A DNA stretch of 64,000 nucleotides from Candidatus Falkowbacteria bacterium (GTDB lineage Bacteria; Patescibacteriota; Patescibacteriia; XYB2-FULL-38-15): positions 2,685 through 66,684 of the forward strand of contig JBBIUS010000002.1 in NCBI GenBank assembly GCA_037440105.1, written 5' to 3'. Positions 33,613 to 43,389 of the stretch are shown here, one piece after another. A model generated the notes under the pieces. It saw nothing but the letters and a program-made list of their open reading frames with translations. It did no database searches and was not told the DNA's origin. Made by a program: the position numbers and the translations under genes. Position 1 is the first letter of the stretch. Every line of letters starts with the position of its first letter.

Positions 33613-35610
33613 ATGCCAAAATTTAATGTTTTTAAAAAAAATAGAAAAGAAGAAGACAGCGAGCTATTTTTTGTTTGTGAGAAAAAAAATAAAAACTTTG
33701 TCATAAATTCAAGTGACAAATTTGACTTGCCTGAAGAATCGATGGCTTTAAATAGTGGTTTTTTAAAAAATAAGGGCGTTGATTCTTTAGGATGCGCGAT
33801 AAGCGACAAGAAATTAAATTTGTTTTTATTTTTAATTTTTATTGGTCTTTTTATTTTGGCGGGCAAGGTAAGCTATATGCAGGTTATTAAAGGAAAATAT
33901 TATCAGGAGATAGCGGATGGAAATAGGATTCGAATTGAAAGGATAAAAACTGAACGCGGCATTATTTATGATAGAACATTTAAACCACTAGTTAAAAATG
34001 TTCCCTATTTTGCTCTTTTTATAACTCCGGCTGATTTGCCAAAAAATGAAAGCGAAAGGAGAGAAGTTGTTAATAAATTATCTGAGATTATTAAAGTTAG
34101 CCCTGATGAAATTTTACAAACTATAGAAAAAAATTCTAAATCATACGAGCCATTATTGTTAAAAGAGAATTTGACCAATGACGAAGCTATCCAATCAGAA
34201 GTTGCGAGTGCTAGTATGCCTGGCGTAAGATTAGAAATCGATATGAGGCGTGAGTATTTAAATACAGGTGAGGAAAATCAAAAAATTTTAAGTTTATCGC
34301 ACATCTTAGGATATGAAGGGAAAATCACAAAAGAGGAAATTGAAATAAATAAAAATGAGAGCTACTTTTTGACTGATTATATCGGCAAGACCGGCCTTGA
34401 ATACTATTGGGAAGACTTCTTAAGGGGAAAGGATGGGAAAAAACAAATAGAAGTTGACGCCATGGGTAAAGAAAAGAAAATTCTTGCCACTTTAGACCCT
34501 CGAAAAGGGGATAATTTAGTGTTAACGATTGATCTTAAATTTCAAGAAAAGTTAGAAAAAATTTTAAACAAACATCTAAAAGTTAATAATAGATCTAGAG
34601 GGGCAGCTGTTGCCTTGGATCCTCAAACTGGAGAAATTTTGGCTTTAGTTAGCTTGCCAAGTTTTGATAATAATATTTTTATCAAAGGCATGTCAGAAAA
34701 CGAATACCAGTCATTAATTAATAACTCAGATAAACCTCTTTTTACTCGAGCAATTTCTGGCGCTTACCCATCTGGTTCAACAATAAAGCCAGTGATAGCC
34801 GCGGCAGCTCTTGAAGAAGGAATAATCAATCGAAATACAACATTTTTGAGTACTGGTGGTATTTATTTTGATAAATGGTTTTTTCCGGATTGGAAAAGCG
34901 GTGGCCACGGCCCAACAAATGTGATTCGCGCCATTGCAGAGTCTGTTAACACTTTTTTCTATATTATTGGCGGAGGTTACGAAAATTTTGATGGCCTAGG
35001 AGTAGAAAAGATGAAAAAGTATGCAGAACTTTTTGGCTTGGGCAATAAATTAAACATTGATCTTCCTTTTGAAGTTTCAGGGTTACTGCCAAATCGAGAA
35101 TGGAAAGAAAAAACAAAAGGTGAAGAATGGTATATTGGCGATACTTACCATTTCGCTATTGGCCAAGGTGATGTTTTAGTAACCCCACTTCAAATAACTT
35201 CTGCGATGTCAGTTTTTGCAAATGGGGGGACCCTTTATCGGCCTCACGTTGTTCGAGAGATTGTTTCAAAATTTGGGCAGCCTTCATTTGTAAAACCTCA
35301 AATAATACGTAAAGATTTTATAAGTGAACAAAATATAGATATTGTCCGCCAAGGTTTGCGCCAGGCTGTTATTTCAGGCAGCGCAATAAAATTGCAGAAT
35401 TTAAAAGTTTCAAGTGCTGGGAAAACAGGGACTGCCCAAGGTCAAACGGGTAAACTGCCCCATGCTTGGTTTACTGGTTTTGCACCTTTTTCAAATCCTG
35501 AAATAGTAATTACGGTTTTAGTGGAAGAGGGTGGGGAGGGAAGCGGGATTGCTCTTGATGTGGCCTATGAATTTTTAGATTGGTATTTTAATGGCAGGGG
35601 CCAGATTTAA
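33613..35610 (+). CDS. mrdA: Penicillin-binding protein 2 (class B transpeptidase)
   Basis: SxxK (GSTIKPV), SxN (ESVNT) and KTG (GKTGTA) motifs. It follows mreBCD. The exact start is uncertain (ATG 33613 or the track's TTG 33607). Confidence 0.85.
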   Translation: MPKFNVFKKNRKEEDSELFFVCEKKNKNFVINSSDKFDLPEESMALNSGFLKNKGVDSLGCAISDKKLNLFLFLIFIGLFILAGKVSYMQVIKGKYYQEIADGNRIRIERIKTERGIIYDRTFKPLVKNVPYFALFITPADLPKNESERREVVNKLSEIIKVSPDEILQTIEKNSKSYEPLLLKENLTNDEAIQSEVASASMPGVRLEIDMRREYLNTGEENQKILSLSHILGYEGKITKEEIEINKNESYFLTDYIGKTGLEYYWEDFLRGKDGKKQIEVDAMGKEKKILATLDPRKGDNLVLTIDLKFQEKLEKILNKHLKVNNRSRGAAVALDPQTGEILALVSLPSFDNNIFIKGMSENEYQSLINNSDKPLFTRAISGAYPSGSTIKPVIAAAALEEGIINRNTTFLSTGGIYFDKWFFPDWKSGGHGPTNVIRAIAESVNTFFYIIGGGYENFDGLGVEKMKKYAELFGLGNKLNIDLPFEVSGLLPNREWKEKTKGEEWYIGDTYHFAIGQGDVLVTPLQITSAMSVFANGGTLYRPHVVREIVSKFGQPSFVKPQIIRKDFISEQNIDIVRQGLRQAVISGSAIKLQNLKVSSAGKTGTAQGQTGKLPHAWFTGFAPFSNPEIVITVLVEEGGEGSGIALDVAYEFLDWYFNGRGQI

Positions 35611-35624
35611 TAAAATCATAATAT

Positions 35625-35653
35625 TTGACATTTATAATTATAGTAATTATAAT
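35625..35653 (+). promoter_or_regulatory. Consensus promoter TTGACA-17-TATAAT
   Basis: TTGACA at 35625-30 and TATAAT at 35648-53, ~100 nt upstream of greA. The leader contains the hairpin TAAGC...GCTTA followed by TTTT (35703-35726). Confidence 0.55.
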
Positions 35654-35751
35654 TCAGGTATCGTTTTTTAATATTAAAAAAATATTTTTAAAAAACAGCG
35701 TAAGCTAGTTAGCTAGCTTATTTTAATTAAATCGTAAAAAAATAAATATTT

Positions 35752-36219
35752 ATGTCTCCAGAAAAAAAAATCTACATTTCTCAAGATAAGTTAGAACAAT
35801 TTAAAAAGGAACTTGGGGAATTAAAGACGGTTAAACGTTGGGAAGTTATAGAAAAAATTGAAAAAGCAAAAGAAATGGGCGATTTATCTGAAAACGCAGA
35901 GTATGCGATTGCTAAAGATGAACAGGCATTTATTGAAGGAAGGATTTTGGAATTAGAAGATTTAATCAACAATGCAATTATTACTGATGGTCTTGAAAAA
36001 ACCGATTCAATTAACGTTGGTTCTAAAATAAAAGTTAAGTTTGATAACGAAGAAAGAACATTTGAAATAGTCGGCATAACTGAGTCTGATCCGGTCCATG
36101 GAAAAATTTCCAATGAATCACCTTTAGGCAAGGCTTTGTTAGGAAAAAGAAAAAACGATCAAGTTGAAGTTGAAACGCCGGCAGGGAAAAAAATCTATAC
36201 AGTTATAGAAGTTTTTTAA
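35752..36219 (+). CDS. greA: Transcription elongation factor GreA
   Basis: 155 aa. DLSENAEYAIAKDEQAFIEGRILELE coiled coil and a C-terminal FKBP-like domain. Confidence 0.9.
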   Translation: MSPEKKIYISQDKLEQFKKELGELKTVKRWEVIEKIEKAKEMGDLSENAEYAIAKDEQAFIEGRILELEDLINNAIITDGLEKTDSINVGSKIKVKFDNEERTFEIVGITESDPVHGKISNESPLGKALLGKRKNDQVEVETPAGKKIYTVIEVF

Positions 36220-36250
36220 TCTTTGAATAATTTAAATTTTAATATTAAGT

Positions 36251-36278
36251 AAGCCCTTTCAAACGGGCTTTTTGTTTT
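36251..36278 (+). terminator. Rho-independent terminator
   Basis: AAGCCC-tttcaaac-GGGCTT followed by TTTGTTTT. Confidence 0.7.
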
Positions 36279-36305
36279 GACATTACTTTTAAATTAAGGT
36301 AAAAT
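36277..36305 (+). promoter_or_regulatory. Promoter TTGACA-17-TAAAAT
   Basis: TTGACA at 36277-82 and TAAAAT at 36300-05, upstream of lysS. Confidence 0.5.
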
Positions 36306-36382
36306 TAAGAAAAAACTACTCTTGCAGAACGCTTATATAAACGCAGTAAAAAATAATAAAGTTATATAACTTTTGAATAAAT

Positions 36383-37855
36383 ATGGAAAAAACAATCGAT
36401 GAAATTCAATCTCGTTTGGCAAAACTCAAAGAGATTAAGGAGAGGAAAATAGATCCTTATCCAAGCAAGAATAAAAGAACGCATACCTGCGCGCGCGCAT
36501 TTTTGAATTTTGATATTTTAAGTCAAAAAAGAAAATTAATTTCTTTGGCCGGTAGGTTAAAAACAATAAGAATTCACGGCGGTTTAAGTTTTGCCCATTT
36601 GGAGGATGAAAGCGGCCTGCTTCAACTTTCTTTAAAAAGAAATATTTTGGGCGATAAACAATATAATTTTTTTAAAAACTTAGTTGATATAGGAGATTTC
36701 ATTCGGGCGAAAGGTGTGTTGTTTGTTACAAAAACCGGTGAAAAAACGCTTGAAGTCCAGTCAATAAAACTTTTGGCAAAAAGTCTTTTGCCCTTGCCGG
36801 AGAAGTGGCACGGTTTGTCTGACATTGAAATTCGCTATAGAAAAAGATATCTTGATTTAATTGCTAACCCTCAGGTTAGGTCAATTTTTAAAAAACGAAG
36901 TTTAGTTATAAAAGCGATTAGAGAATTTTTGGATAAAGAAGGTTTTGTTGAAGTAGAGACGCCTGTTCTGCAGCCGATTCCTGGCGGAGCCGCGGCTAGA
37001 CCATTTGTGACGCACCATAATGCCCTTGATATTGATTTGTATCTTCGCATCGCTCCAGAACTTTATTTAAAAAGATTAATTGTTGGAGGTTTTGAAAAAG
37101 TTTATGAAATTGCCCGTTGTTTTAGGAATGAAGGAATTGACTGGGCTCATAATCCAGAATTTACTCAAGTAGAATTTTATCAAGCATACGCTGATTACAA
37201 TGATTTAATGAAATTGACGGAAAAATTTTTTGTTTATTTGATGAAAAAAATAAACGGCGGCGGGACAAAGATTGTTTATGAAAAAAATGAAATTGATTTT
37301 GCGCCGCCTTACGAGCGGATAACATTCCGAGATATTTTGATGAAATTTGCGAACTGCGATATCGAGCAATATCCTGATCGTGAAAGCATAGCTAAAAAAG
37401 CGCAAGAGCTCGGTTTAGAAATTTTGCCGTCCGATAATCGAGGAAAGATCATGGATGAAATTTTTAAAAAAATTGTTAGGCCAAAAATTATTAAACCAAC
37501 TTTTGTTATCAATCATCCGATAGAGCTTTCTCCTTTGGCTAAAAAAAATCCGGAAGATCCGCGGTATACAGAAAGATTTCAATTAATTGTAGGCGGCGTT
37601 GAACTTGTAAACGCGTTTTCTGAATTAAATGATCCAGTTGACCAGAAAGAAAGGTTTATTGCCCAGCAAAAAATGCGCGAGGCAGGGGATATGGAAGCAA
37701 TGCGCGTTGATGAAGATTTTGTTGAGGCGCTAGAACACGGTATGCCTCCAACTGCCGGACTTGGTATGGGCATTGATCGGCTAACCGCGCTTTTGACTAA
37801 TTCTCACAATATTAAAGAAGTTATCTTATTTCCAACTTTAAAACCTGAAAAATAA
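36383..37855 (+). CDS. lysS: Lysyl-tRNA synthetase, class II
   Basis: 490 aa. OB-fold N-domain, FRNEGIDWAHNPEFTQVEFY (motif 2) and GMGIDRLTALL (motif 3). Confidence 0.95.
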   Translation: MEKTIDEIQSRLAKLKEIKERKIDPYPSKNKRTHTCARAFLNFDILSQKRKLISLAGRLKTIRIHGGLSFAHLEDESGLLQLSLKRNILGDKQYNFFKNLVDIGDFIRAKGVLFVTKTGEKTLEVQSIKLLAKSLLPLPEKWHGLSDIEIRYRKRYLDLIANPQVRSIFKKRSLVIKAIREFLDKEGFVEVETPVLQPIPGGAAARPFVTHHNALDIDLYLRIAPELYLKRLIVGGFEKVYEIARCFRNEGIDWAHNPEFTQVEFYQAYADYNDLMKLTEKFFVYLMKKINGGGTKIVYEKNEIDFAPPYERITFRDILMKFANCDIEQYPDRESIAKKAQELGLEILPSDNRGKIMDEIFKKIVRPKIIKPTFVINHPIELSPLAKKNPEDPRYTERFQLIVGGVELVNAFSELNDPVDQKERFIAQQKMREAGDMEAMRVDEDFVEALEHGMPPTAGLGMGIDRLTALLTNSHNIKEVILFPTLKPEK

Positions 37856-37973
37856 AAACACATTAATGAAATAATTTTCAGGGCGTTTTTAATTTTGAGT
37901 TCCGGTTTTTCTTTTTGTTAAGTAAAAATTTTTAATTTATAATTTTTCTTCACAAATATTTTTTCATTTCAAT

Positions 37974-39242
37974 ATGCTCGATATAAAATTTATCAGACAA
38001 AATCCAAAACTTGTTCAGGAGGCAATTCAAAAAAAACAAGTGCGCATTGAAATTGGTCGGCTTTTAGATTTAGATAAAAGAAGAAGGGATCTTTTAGGTG
38101 AAGTTGAAACTCTGCGCGCTGAACAAAATCAAGTCACAGAAAAAATCGCGAAATTAAAAGGCAAAGAAAAAGATCAGCTAATCGAAAAAATGAAATCTTT
38201 GAAAGAACGATTGAAAAGTTTAGAAGCAGAATTAGAAAATGTGGAACAAGCATTTAATAAAATGATGCTTTTAGTACCTAATTTACCAGCTCCGGATGTA
38301 AAAGAAGGAAAAGATGAGAGCGAAAATGAAGTGATTAGAAAATGGGGTGAACCTCCAAAATTTGATTTCCGGCCGCTTGATTATATGGAGTTGGGCAAAA
38401 AGTTGGATTTAATTGACACTGAACGAGCGGGCAAAGTTTCAGGCACACGTTTTGGTTATTTAAAGAATGAAGCAGTTCTTTTGGAGTTTGCGATTGTCCA
38501 GTGGGTTTTCGATTTTTTAATTAAAGAAGGTTTTGCACCAATTGTTCCGCCGGTAATGATCGGAGAGCGAGCAATGCGGGCGATGGGTTATTTAGATCGG
38601 GGAGCGGATGAAATTTATCAAACTAAACTTGATGATTTATATTTAATCGGCACTTCAGAGCAAGCGATTGGCCCAATGCATATGGATGAAATTTTTGAGG
38701 AAAGGGATTTGCCAAAACGATATGCAGCGTTTTCTACTTGCTTTAGGCGTGAAGCCGGTTCATATGGCAAAGACACAAAAGGAATTTTGCGGGTTCATCA
38801 ATTTGATAAAGTGGAAATGTTTTCATTTACCCGGCCAGAGGATTCTGACAATGAACATGAATATTTGTTATCGCTTGAAGAAAAAATGGTTCAAGCGCTT
38901 GAGCTGCCTTACCAAGTCATTAAAATGTGCACTGGCGATCTTGGCGATCCAGCGGCTAGAAAGTATGACATTGAATGCTGGATTCCATCGCAAAATAAAT
39001 ACCGTGAGACGCATTCAACTTCAACTTGTACGGATTTTCAAGCAAGAAGGTTAAACTGTCGTTTTAGAAGAGCAAAGGATAAAAAATTAGAATTTGTCCA
39101 CACTTTAAATGGTACAGCTTTTGCTATCGGCAGAATTTTAATTGCTATCTTGGAAAATTATCAGCAGAAAGATGGCAGTGTCAAAGTTCCAAAAGTTTTA
39201 CAAAGATATTGCGGGACAAAAGTGATAAAAGCAAAGAAATAG
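37974..39242 (+). CDS. serS: Seryl-tRNA synthetase
   Basis: 422 aa. N-terminal coiled-coil arm, FRREAGSYGKDTKGILRVHQFDKVE and TLNGTAFAIGRILIAILENYQ. Confidence 0.95.
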   Translation: MLDIKFIRQNPKLVQEAIQKKQVRIEIGRLLDLDKRRRDLLGEVETLRAEQNQVTEKIAKLKGKEKDQLIEKMKSLKERLKSLEAELENVEQAFNKMMLLVPNLPAPDVKEGKDESENEVIRKWGEPPKFDFRPLDYMELGKKLDLIDTERAGKVSGTRFGYLKNEAVLLEFAIVQWVFDFLIKEGFAPIVPPVMIGERAMRAMGYLDRGADEIYQTKLDDLYLIGTSEQAIGPMHMDEIFEERDLPKRYAAFSTCFRREAGSYGKDTKGILRVHQFDKVEMFSFTRPEDSDNEHEYLLSLEEKMVQALELPYQVIKMCTGDLGDPAARKYDIECWIPSQNKYRETHSTSTCTDFQARRLNCRFRRAKDKKLEFVHTLNGTAFAIGRILIAILENYQQKDGSVKVPKVLQRYCGTKVIKAKK

Positions 39243-39246
39243 ATTT

Positions 39247-39341
39247 CCCCTCTTAAGTTAAGAGGGGATTAGGGGGATTTATGAGCCGTTGTTTTAAAAT
39301 CCACGACTCATAACCTCTTCTAACTTCCCCTTATTTTAAGG
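39247..39341 (+). repeat. Intercistronic ~95-nt palindromic element, copy A (serS-alr)
   Basis: Starts with the hairpin CCCCTCTTAA-gt-TTAAGAGGGG and has a central hairpin TTATGAG...CTCATAA. It shares identical blocks of 17, 15 and 13 nt with the reverse complement of 47553-47651. Its 3' end carries the AAGGAG upstream of alr. Confidence 0.8.
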
Positions 39342-39357
39342 AGAAGAAAAATGAAGT

Positions 39358-40488
39358 ATGAAAACATGGGTTGAAATAAATAAAAATAATTTGCTCCATA
39401 ATTTGGAGCAATTTAAAAAATTAGTTGGCGATAATGTAAAAATCATGGGCGTGGTTAAGGCTAATGCTTACGGCCACGGCTTGCTTGAAGTAGCCGGCGT
39501 TATTTCCGATAAAGTTGATTGGTTTGGGGTAGATTCACTATCAGAAGCCTTGAAATTGCGGCAAGCCGCCATTAAAGAGCCGATTTTGGTTTTGGGCTAT
39601 GTGGAATTGAGAGATTTGCGCGAGGCCGTAAAAAATAATATTTCTCTTACAGTTTATAATAAAGAAACGATTGAAAAACTCGGGAAAATTCCGATTCAAA
39701 ATCCAAATTTAAGTCCTAAAGTGCATATTAAACTTGAGACCGGCACCTCACGACAAGGAGTTTTAGAAAGTGACTTAATTGATTTTGTAAAATTTATTAA
39801 ACAGTACCCTTCAATTCAGATAGAAGGACTTTCTACGCATTACGCCAATATTGAAGACACGACTGATTCAAGTTATGCTATGGAGCAGTTAGCAACTTTT
39901 TCCCGCGTGGCGTCTATGTTGGAAGAGAATGGCACTACGATTCCACTGAAGCACACAGCTTGTTCAGCAGCGACAATCTTATTTCCAGAAACGTATTTTG
40001 ATATGGTGCGGCTGGGAATAAGCATGTATGGCCTTTGGTCATCAAAAGAAACAAAAGCTGTTGCAAAAAATAAAGGTGTAGATTTAAGTTTTAAACCAGT
40101 GTTATCATGGAAAACAATTGTGGCACAAATTAAAAATGTGAAAGCCGGCACGTCCATTGGGTATGGTTTAACCGAGCGCGTTACTCGTAATTCAAAAATT
40201 GCCGTTTTGCCAGTTGGTTATTGGGACGGTTATGATCGAAAACTTTCAAGCGTTGGTAATGTCTTAATCCACGGCAAGCGCTGCAAAGTTTTAGGTCGCG
40301 TTTGCATGAATATGATTGTTGTTGACGTGACTGATCTGAAAAAAATTGAATTGGAAGATGAGACGGTACTCTTAGGTCGGCAGGGGAGAGAAGAAATTAG
40401 CGCTGACGAGTTAGCACAAAAAATTGGAACAATAAGTTATGAAATCATAACAAGAGTCAATCCATTAATTCCGCGATTAATTGTGTGA
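39358..40488 (+). CDS. alr: Alanine racemase
   Basis: 376 aa. PLP-lysine motif VVKANAYGHG and C-terminal ...YEIITRV. Confidence 0.9.
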   Translation: MKTWVEINKNNLLHNLEQFKKLVGDNVKIMGVVKANAYGHGLLEVAGVISDKVDWFGVDSLSEALKLRQAAIKEPILVLGYVELRDLREAVKNNISLTVYNKETIEKLGKIPIQNPNLSPKVHIKLETGTSRQGVLESDLIDFVKFIKQYPSIQIEGLSTHYANIEDTTDSSYAMEQLATFSRVASMLEENGTTIPLKHTACSAATILFPETYFDMVRLGISMYGLWSSKETKAVAKNKGVDLSFKPVLSWKTIVAQIKNVKAGTSIGYGLTERVTRNSKIAVLPVGYWDGYDRKLSSVGNVLIHGKRCKVLGRVCMNMIVVDVTDLKKIELEDETVLLGRQGREEISADELAQKIGTISYEIITRVNPLIPRLIV

Positions 40489-40567
40489 ATTATGAATCAG
40501 GAATTAGGAATCAGGGTTTTTAAAAGATCTAATCCATGATTCATAATTCATGATTCCTGATTCATAA
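40487..40567. repeat. Intergenic hairpin of the GAATCAG/GAATTAG word family
   Basis: GAATTATGAATCAGGAATTAGGAATCAGGG faces TCCATGATTCATAATTCATGATTCCTGATTCATAA. Confidence 0.65.
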
Positions 40568-40575
40568 ATAAAATT

Positions 40576-41742
40576 ATGCCAATAAAAAAAACTAAAGGTG
40601 GGAGAAAGATTCGCGTAGGGATCATATTCGGTGGCCGGTCCGGCGAACACGAGGTTTCTTTGGTTTCGGCAGAATCAGTGATGAGGGCTTTAGATAAGAA
40701 AAAATATCAAGTGATTCCAATAGGGATTACTAAAGCGGGGGAGTGGGCGGTAGATAAATCAAAAATCAAAAATCAAAAATCAAAATTGTTGGAATTGTTC
40801 AAGAAAGAAAAAATTAAAAAAGGATCGTGGCTGCCGCCGGAGATTTTGACAAAAGTTGATGTTGTGTTTCCGGTCTTGCACGGAACCTACGGCGAGGATG
40901 GGACAATTCAAGGGCTGTTTGAAATGATTAACGTTCCATATGTTGGAGCCGGTGTTTTGGGTTCAGCCGTTGGAATGGACAAGGTGGTGCAAAAACAGTT
41001 GTGCGAGCAAGCCAGATTGCCGGTTGTAAAATATGTTTGGTTCTATAGCAATGTTTTGCGACAACTGAAAGGTGTTCGTAAAACATTGCGCGATAAAGCG
41101 ACGCTCGCAAAATGTAGCCTTATCGATATTGTGCGACACATAGAAAAGGCGCTGGGTTATCCGTGTTTTATAAAACCGGCGAATTTAGGATCCAGTGTAG
41201 GTATCTCTAGAGCTAAAAACAGGCGAGAATTGATTGCAGGCATTAATTTAGCCGCAAAATACGATCGAAAAATTTTAGTTGAAAAAATTTGTCCAAATGT
41301 GCGGGAAATTGAATGCAGTGTTTTAGGTAATGATAAACCTATCGCGTCTCTGCCGGGCGAAGTAGTTCCATCTGGGGAATTCTATGATTATGACGCAAAA
41401 TATGTCGACGGGAAATCAAAAACTATAATTCCGGCGAAACTGCCGTCGAAATTAGTACGGCGAGTCCAAAATCTGGCCTGTTGCGTCTTTCAAATCACGG
41501 ATTGCGCCGGTATGGCCCGCGTGGATTTTTTACTGGATAATAAGCGGGGAAAAGTATACATCAACGAAATAAATACAATTCCAGGCTTCACTTCAATTTC
41601 AATGTATCCAAAACTCTGGCAGGCCTCGGGACTATCGTACAGCGATCTGCTCGACATCCTTATTAATCTTGCCATTCAAAGATTTAAAGAAAAACAAAAA
41701 CTTTTGATTTCTTACAAGCCCAAGAAAAAGTGGTATAGATAA
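40576..41742 (+). CDS. ddl: D-alanine--D-alanine ligase
   Basis: 388 aa. [36 protein letters not shown] and an ATP-grasp C-domain (ARVDFLLD...[12 protein letters not shown]). In-frame (AAATCAA)x4 at 40756-40783. Confidence 0.9.
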   Translation: MPIKKTKGGRKIRVGIIFGGRSGEHEVSLVSAESVMRALDKKKYQVIPIGITKAGEWAVDKSKIKNQKSKLLELFKKEKIKKGSWLPPEILTKVDVVFPVLHGTYGEDGTIQGLFEMINVPYVGAGVLGSAVGMDKVVQKQLCEQARLPVVKYVWFYSNVLRQLKGVRKTLRDKATLAKCSLIDIVRHIEKALGYPCFIKPANLGSSVGISRAKNRRELIAGINLAAKYDRKILVEKICPNVREIECSVLGNDKPIASLPGEVVPSGEFYDYDAKYVDGKSKTIIPAKLPSKLVRRVQNLACCVFQITDCAGMARVDFLLDNKRGKVYINEINTIPGFTSISMYPKLWQASGLSYSDLLDILINLAIQRFKEKQKLLISYKPKKKWYR

Positions 41743-41787
41743 AAACAAACTTAAGAACTTATAAACTTATAAACTTAAGAACTGAAA

Positions 41788-42660
41788 ATGGCTGGACGTC
41801 GATTCTTAGATTTTCATAAAAAAAATTATCGCAACCCATTTTTTAGAAGGTCAAAACGTGGGTTTCATTTTTTTAAAAAAAGCCGAAAAGAGAAATTATA
41901 TTTATGGCGAAGAAGAGTTGTCTTGTTTTTTATTTTGATAACTGCCGTTGGATGGGTTTGGCTCTTTTTTTATTCTCCTTATTTTAAAATTGAAAAAATA
42001 GAAATTTTAGGATTGGAGCAAATAGATAAAAATGAAATAAAAGCAATCGTTGATTCTCAACTTTTTAATCGGCGTTTTTTAATTTTCCGGCAAAGCAATA
42101 TTTTTATATTTGATGAGAAATCTCTTTCAAAAAATATAAATGCTAAGTATTTTCTTAACAATTTAGCTATTAACAAAGATTTACCATCTACTTTAATAAT
42201 TCAAATAAAAGAAAAAACTTCAAAATTGATTTGGGTAACCAATAATAAAAATTATTATCTTGATTTGAGCGGAACCGTTATTGGCGAGGTAGCTGCGTTA
42301 CCAACCGCAGAAACAGAAGGGGTGTCTTCGGCAAAAAATCTGCCAATAATCTATGATGAGAGTAATAAAGAAGTAAATATTGGAGAAAAAGTTTTGGAAG
42401 AAAGCCGTGTTTTGGCAGTCATTGAATTAACTGAAAGAATTTTACAATTTACGGGAGTAGAAATTGATTTTTATAAATTGATAAATGGAATCGAATTGAG
42501 AGCGATTACAAAAGAAGGCTGGTATATTTTATTTGCTGATGATAACATCGAAAATCAATTAAAGAAGTTGGATTTGATTTTAAAAGAAAAAATTAAAGAG
42601 AAACGAAAAAATTTAGAATATATTGATTTGAGATTTGAAGACAGGGTTTATTATAAATAA
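41788..42660 (+). CDS. ftsQ: FtsQ-type cell-division protein (TM + POTRA)
   Basis: 290 aa. Basic N-terminus, one TM (VVLFFILITAVGWVWLFF) and a POTRA-like FKIEKIEILGLEQIDKNEIKAIV. It follows ddl. Confidence 0.7.
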   Translation: MAGRRFLDFHKKNYRNPFFRRSKRGFHFFKKSRKEKLYLWRRRVVLFFILITAVGWVWLFFYSPYFKIEKIEILGLEQIDKNEIKAIVDSQLFNRRFLIFRQSNIFIFDEKSLSKNINAKYFLNNLAINKDLPSTLIIQIKEKTSKLIWVTNNKNYYLDLSGTVIGEVAALPTAETEGVSSAKNLPIIYDESNKEVNIGEKVLEESRVLAVIELTERILQFTGVEIDFYKLINGIELRAITKEGWYILFADDNIENQLKKLDLILKEKIKEKRKNLEYIDLRFEDRVYYK

Positions 42661-42754
42661 TTTTTTCAATTGTTAACATTTTTTAAGAATTTGTCCTAGA
42701 TTTAAAACTGATAGGCTTAATTGTGTATTGGCGCATATTCTCATAAACTTCAAA

Positions 42755-42805
42755 GCAGATTTTGCGAACCTGATTGTGAAGCCTAAACAGGGTCGTAAAA
42801 TCTGC
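42755..42805 (+). other. 13-bp hairpin with a plus-strand-only G:U pair (ftsQ 3' region)
   Basis: GCAGATTTTGCGA (42755-67) pairs with TCGTAAAATCTGC (42793-805). The single non-Watson-Crick position is G:U on the + strand and A:C on the - strand. Confidence 0.5.
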
Positions 42806-42910
42806 GTAATCTTATGTAGCTCAGTTGTATTGAGTCGCATAAGATATATTGTCCGACGCAATGCATAACACTTTTTATATTCTCCCCTAATGACCAGTGC
42901 TTTTATTTTA

Positions 42911-42939
42911 GGTAAAAACAAAATGCTCCCATGGGAGCA
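42911..42939 (-). terminator. Palindromic terminator (TGCTCCC-at-GGGAGCA) with U-run on the minus strand
   Basis: Palindrome at 42924-42939. On the minus strand it is followed by UUUUGUUUUUACC. On the plus strand only CTTTGTT follows. Confidence 0.55.
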
Positions 42940-42996
42940 CTTTGTTAGCAAATATTAAATATTTTGATTATTTTTGGCATAAGAATTTAAAAGGCA

Positions 42997-43042
42997 AATA
43001 AAAACCGACCCAAAGATGTTTAAAATTTAATCCTTGGATCGG
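42997..43042 (-). terminator. Rho-independent terminator of the structured-RNA locus
   Basis: Minus-strand CCGAUCCAAGG (43042-43032) pairs with CUUUGGGUCGG (43015-43005). The stem is 11 bp including two G:U pairs that would be A:C on the plus strand. UUUUUAUUU follows. Confidence 0.7.
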
Positions 43043-43176
43043 GAGGCTCTGCTTCCTCAGGCTCACCACAACCCAGGTGACTGGTTTGGGATTACCAGAA
43101 TGCGCTCGTATGTGCCTAGCAGTTGTAGGTTACTTACAAGAAAATTTCCTCCTTTCCGGTCATCCCCCTGCCATCC

Positions 43177-43389
43177 TCAAACGATATCCAGTTCTTCGAA
43201 GCGTTGCTTATCAATCATAGCGATCAAGGCATCTTCGACGTAGTTCCCTCGCCGACTCCATTCTCGCGGTGCAGCTTCGACCTCGTCGTAGTTGTGGGTT
43301 CTTCCGGCGACCCTTCTTTCCTCTTCCATCTCTTCGGGAAAATTTTCACGGGGATACAGCCCATAAGCCATCATTTTGAATGTTATCAT
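43177..43389 (-). CDS. Small protein (70 aa) of unknown function inside the structured transcript
   Basis: AAGGAGGG lies 3 nt upstream of the ATG. The sequence MITFKMMAYGLYPRENFPEEMEEERRVAGRTHNYDEVEAAPREWSRRGNYVEDALIAMIDKQRFEELDIV is R/E/G/A-rich, unlike the K/I/N-rich neighbours. Coding status is unproven. Confidence 0.45.
   Translation of the reverse strand: MITFKMMAYGLYPRENFPEEMEEERRVAGRTHNYDEVEAAPREWSRRGNYVEDALIAMIDKQRFEELDIV

Noticed and set aside
42817-42827. tRNA-like D-arm sequence TAGCTCAGTTG
   Set aside because: No acceptor stem, anticodon stem or T-arm (GTTCRANYC) can be drawn around it. It is part of a simple hairpin, CTTATG...CATAAG.
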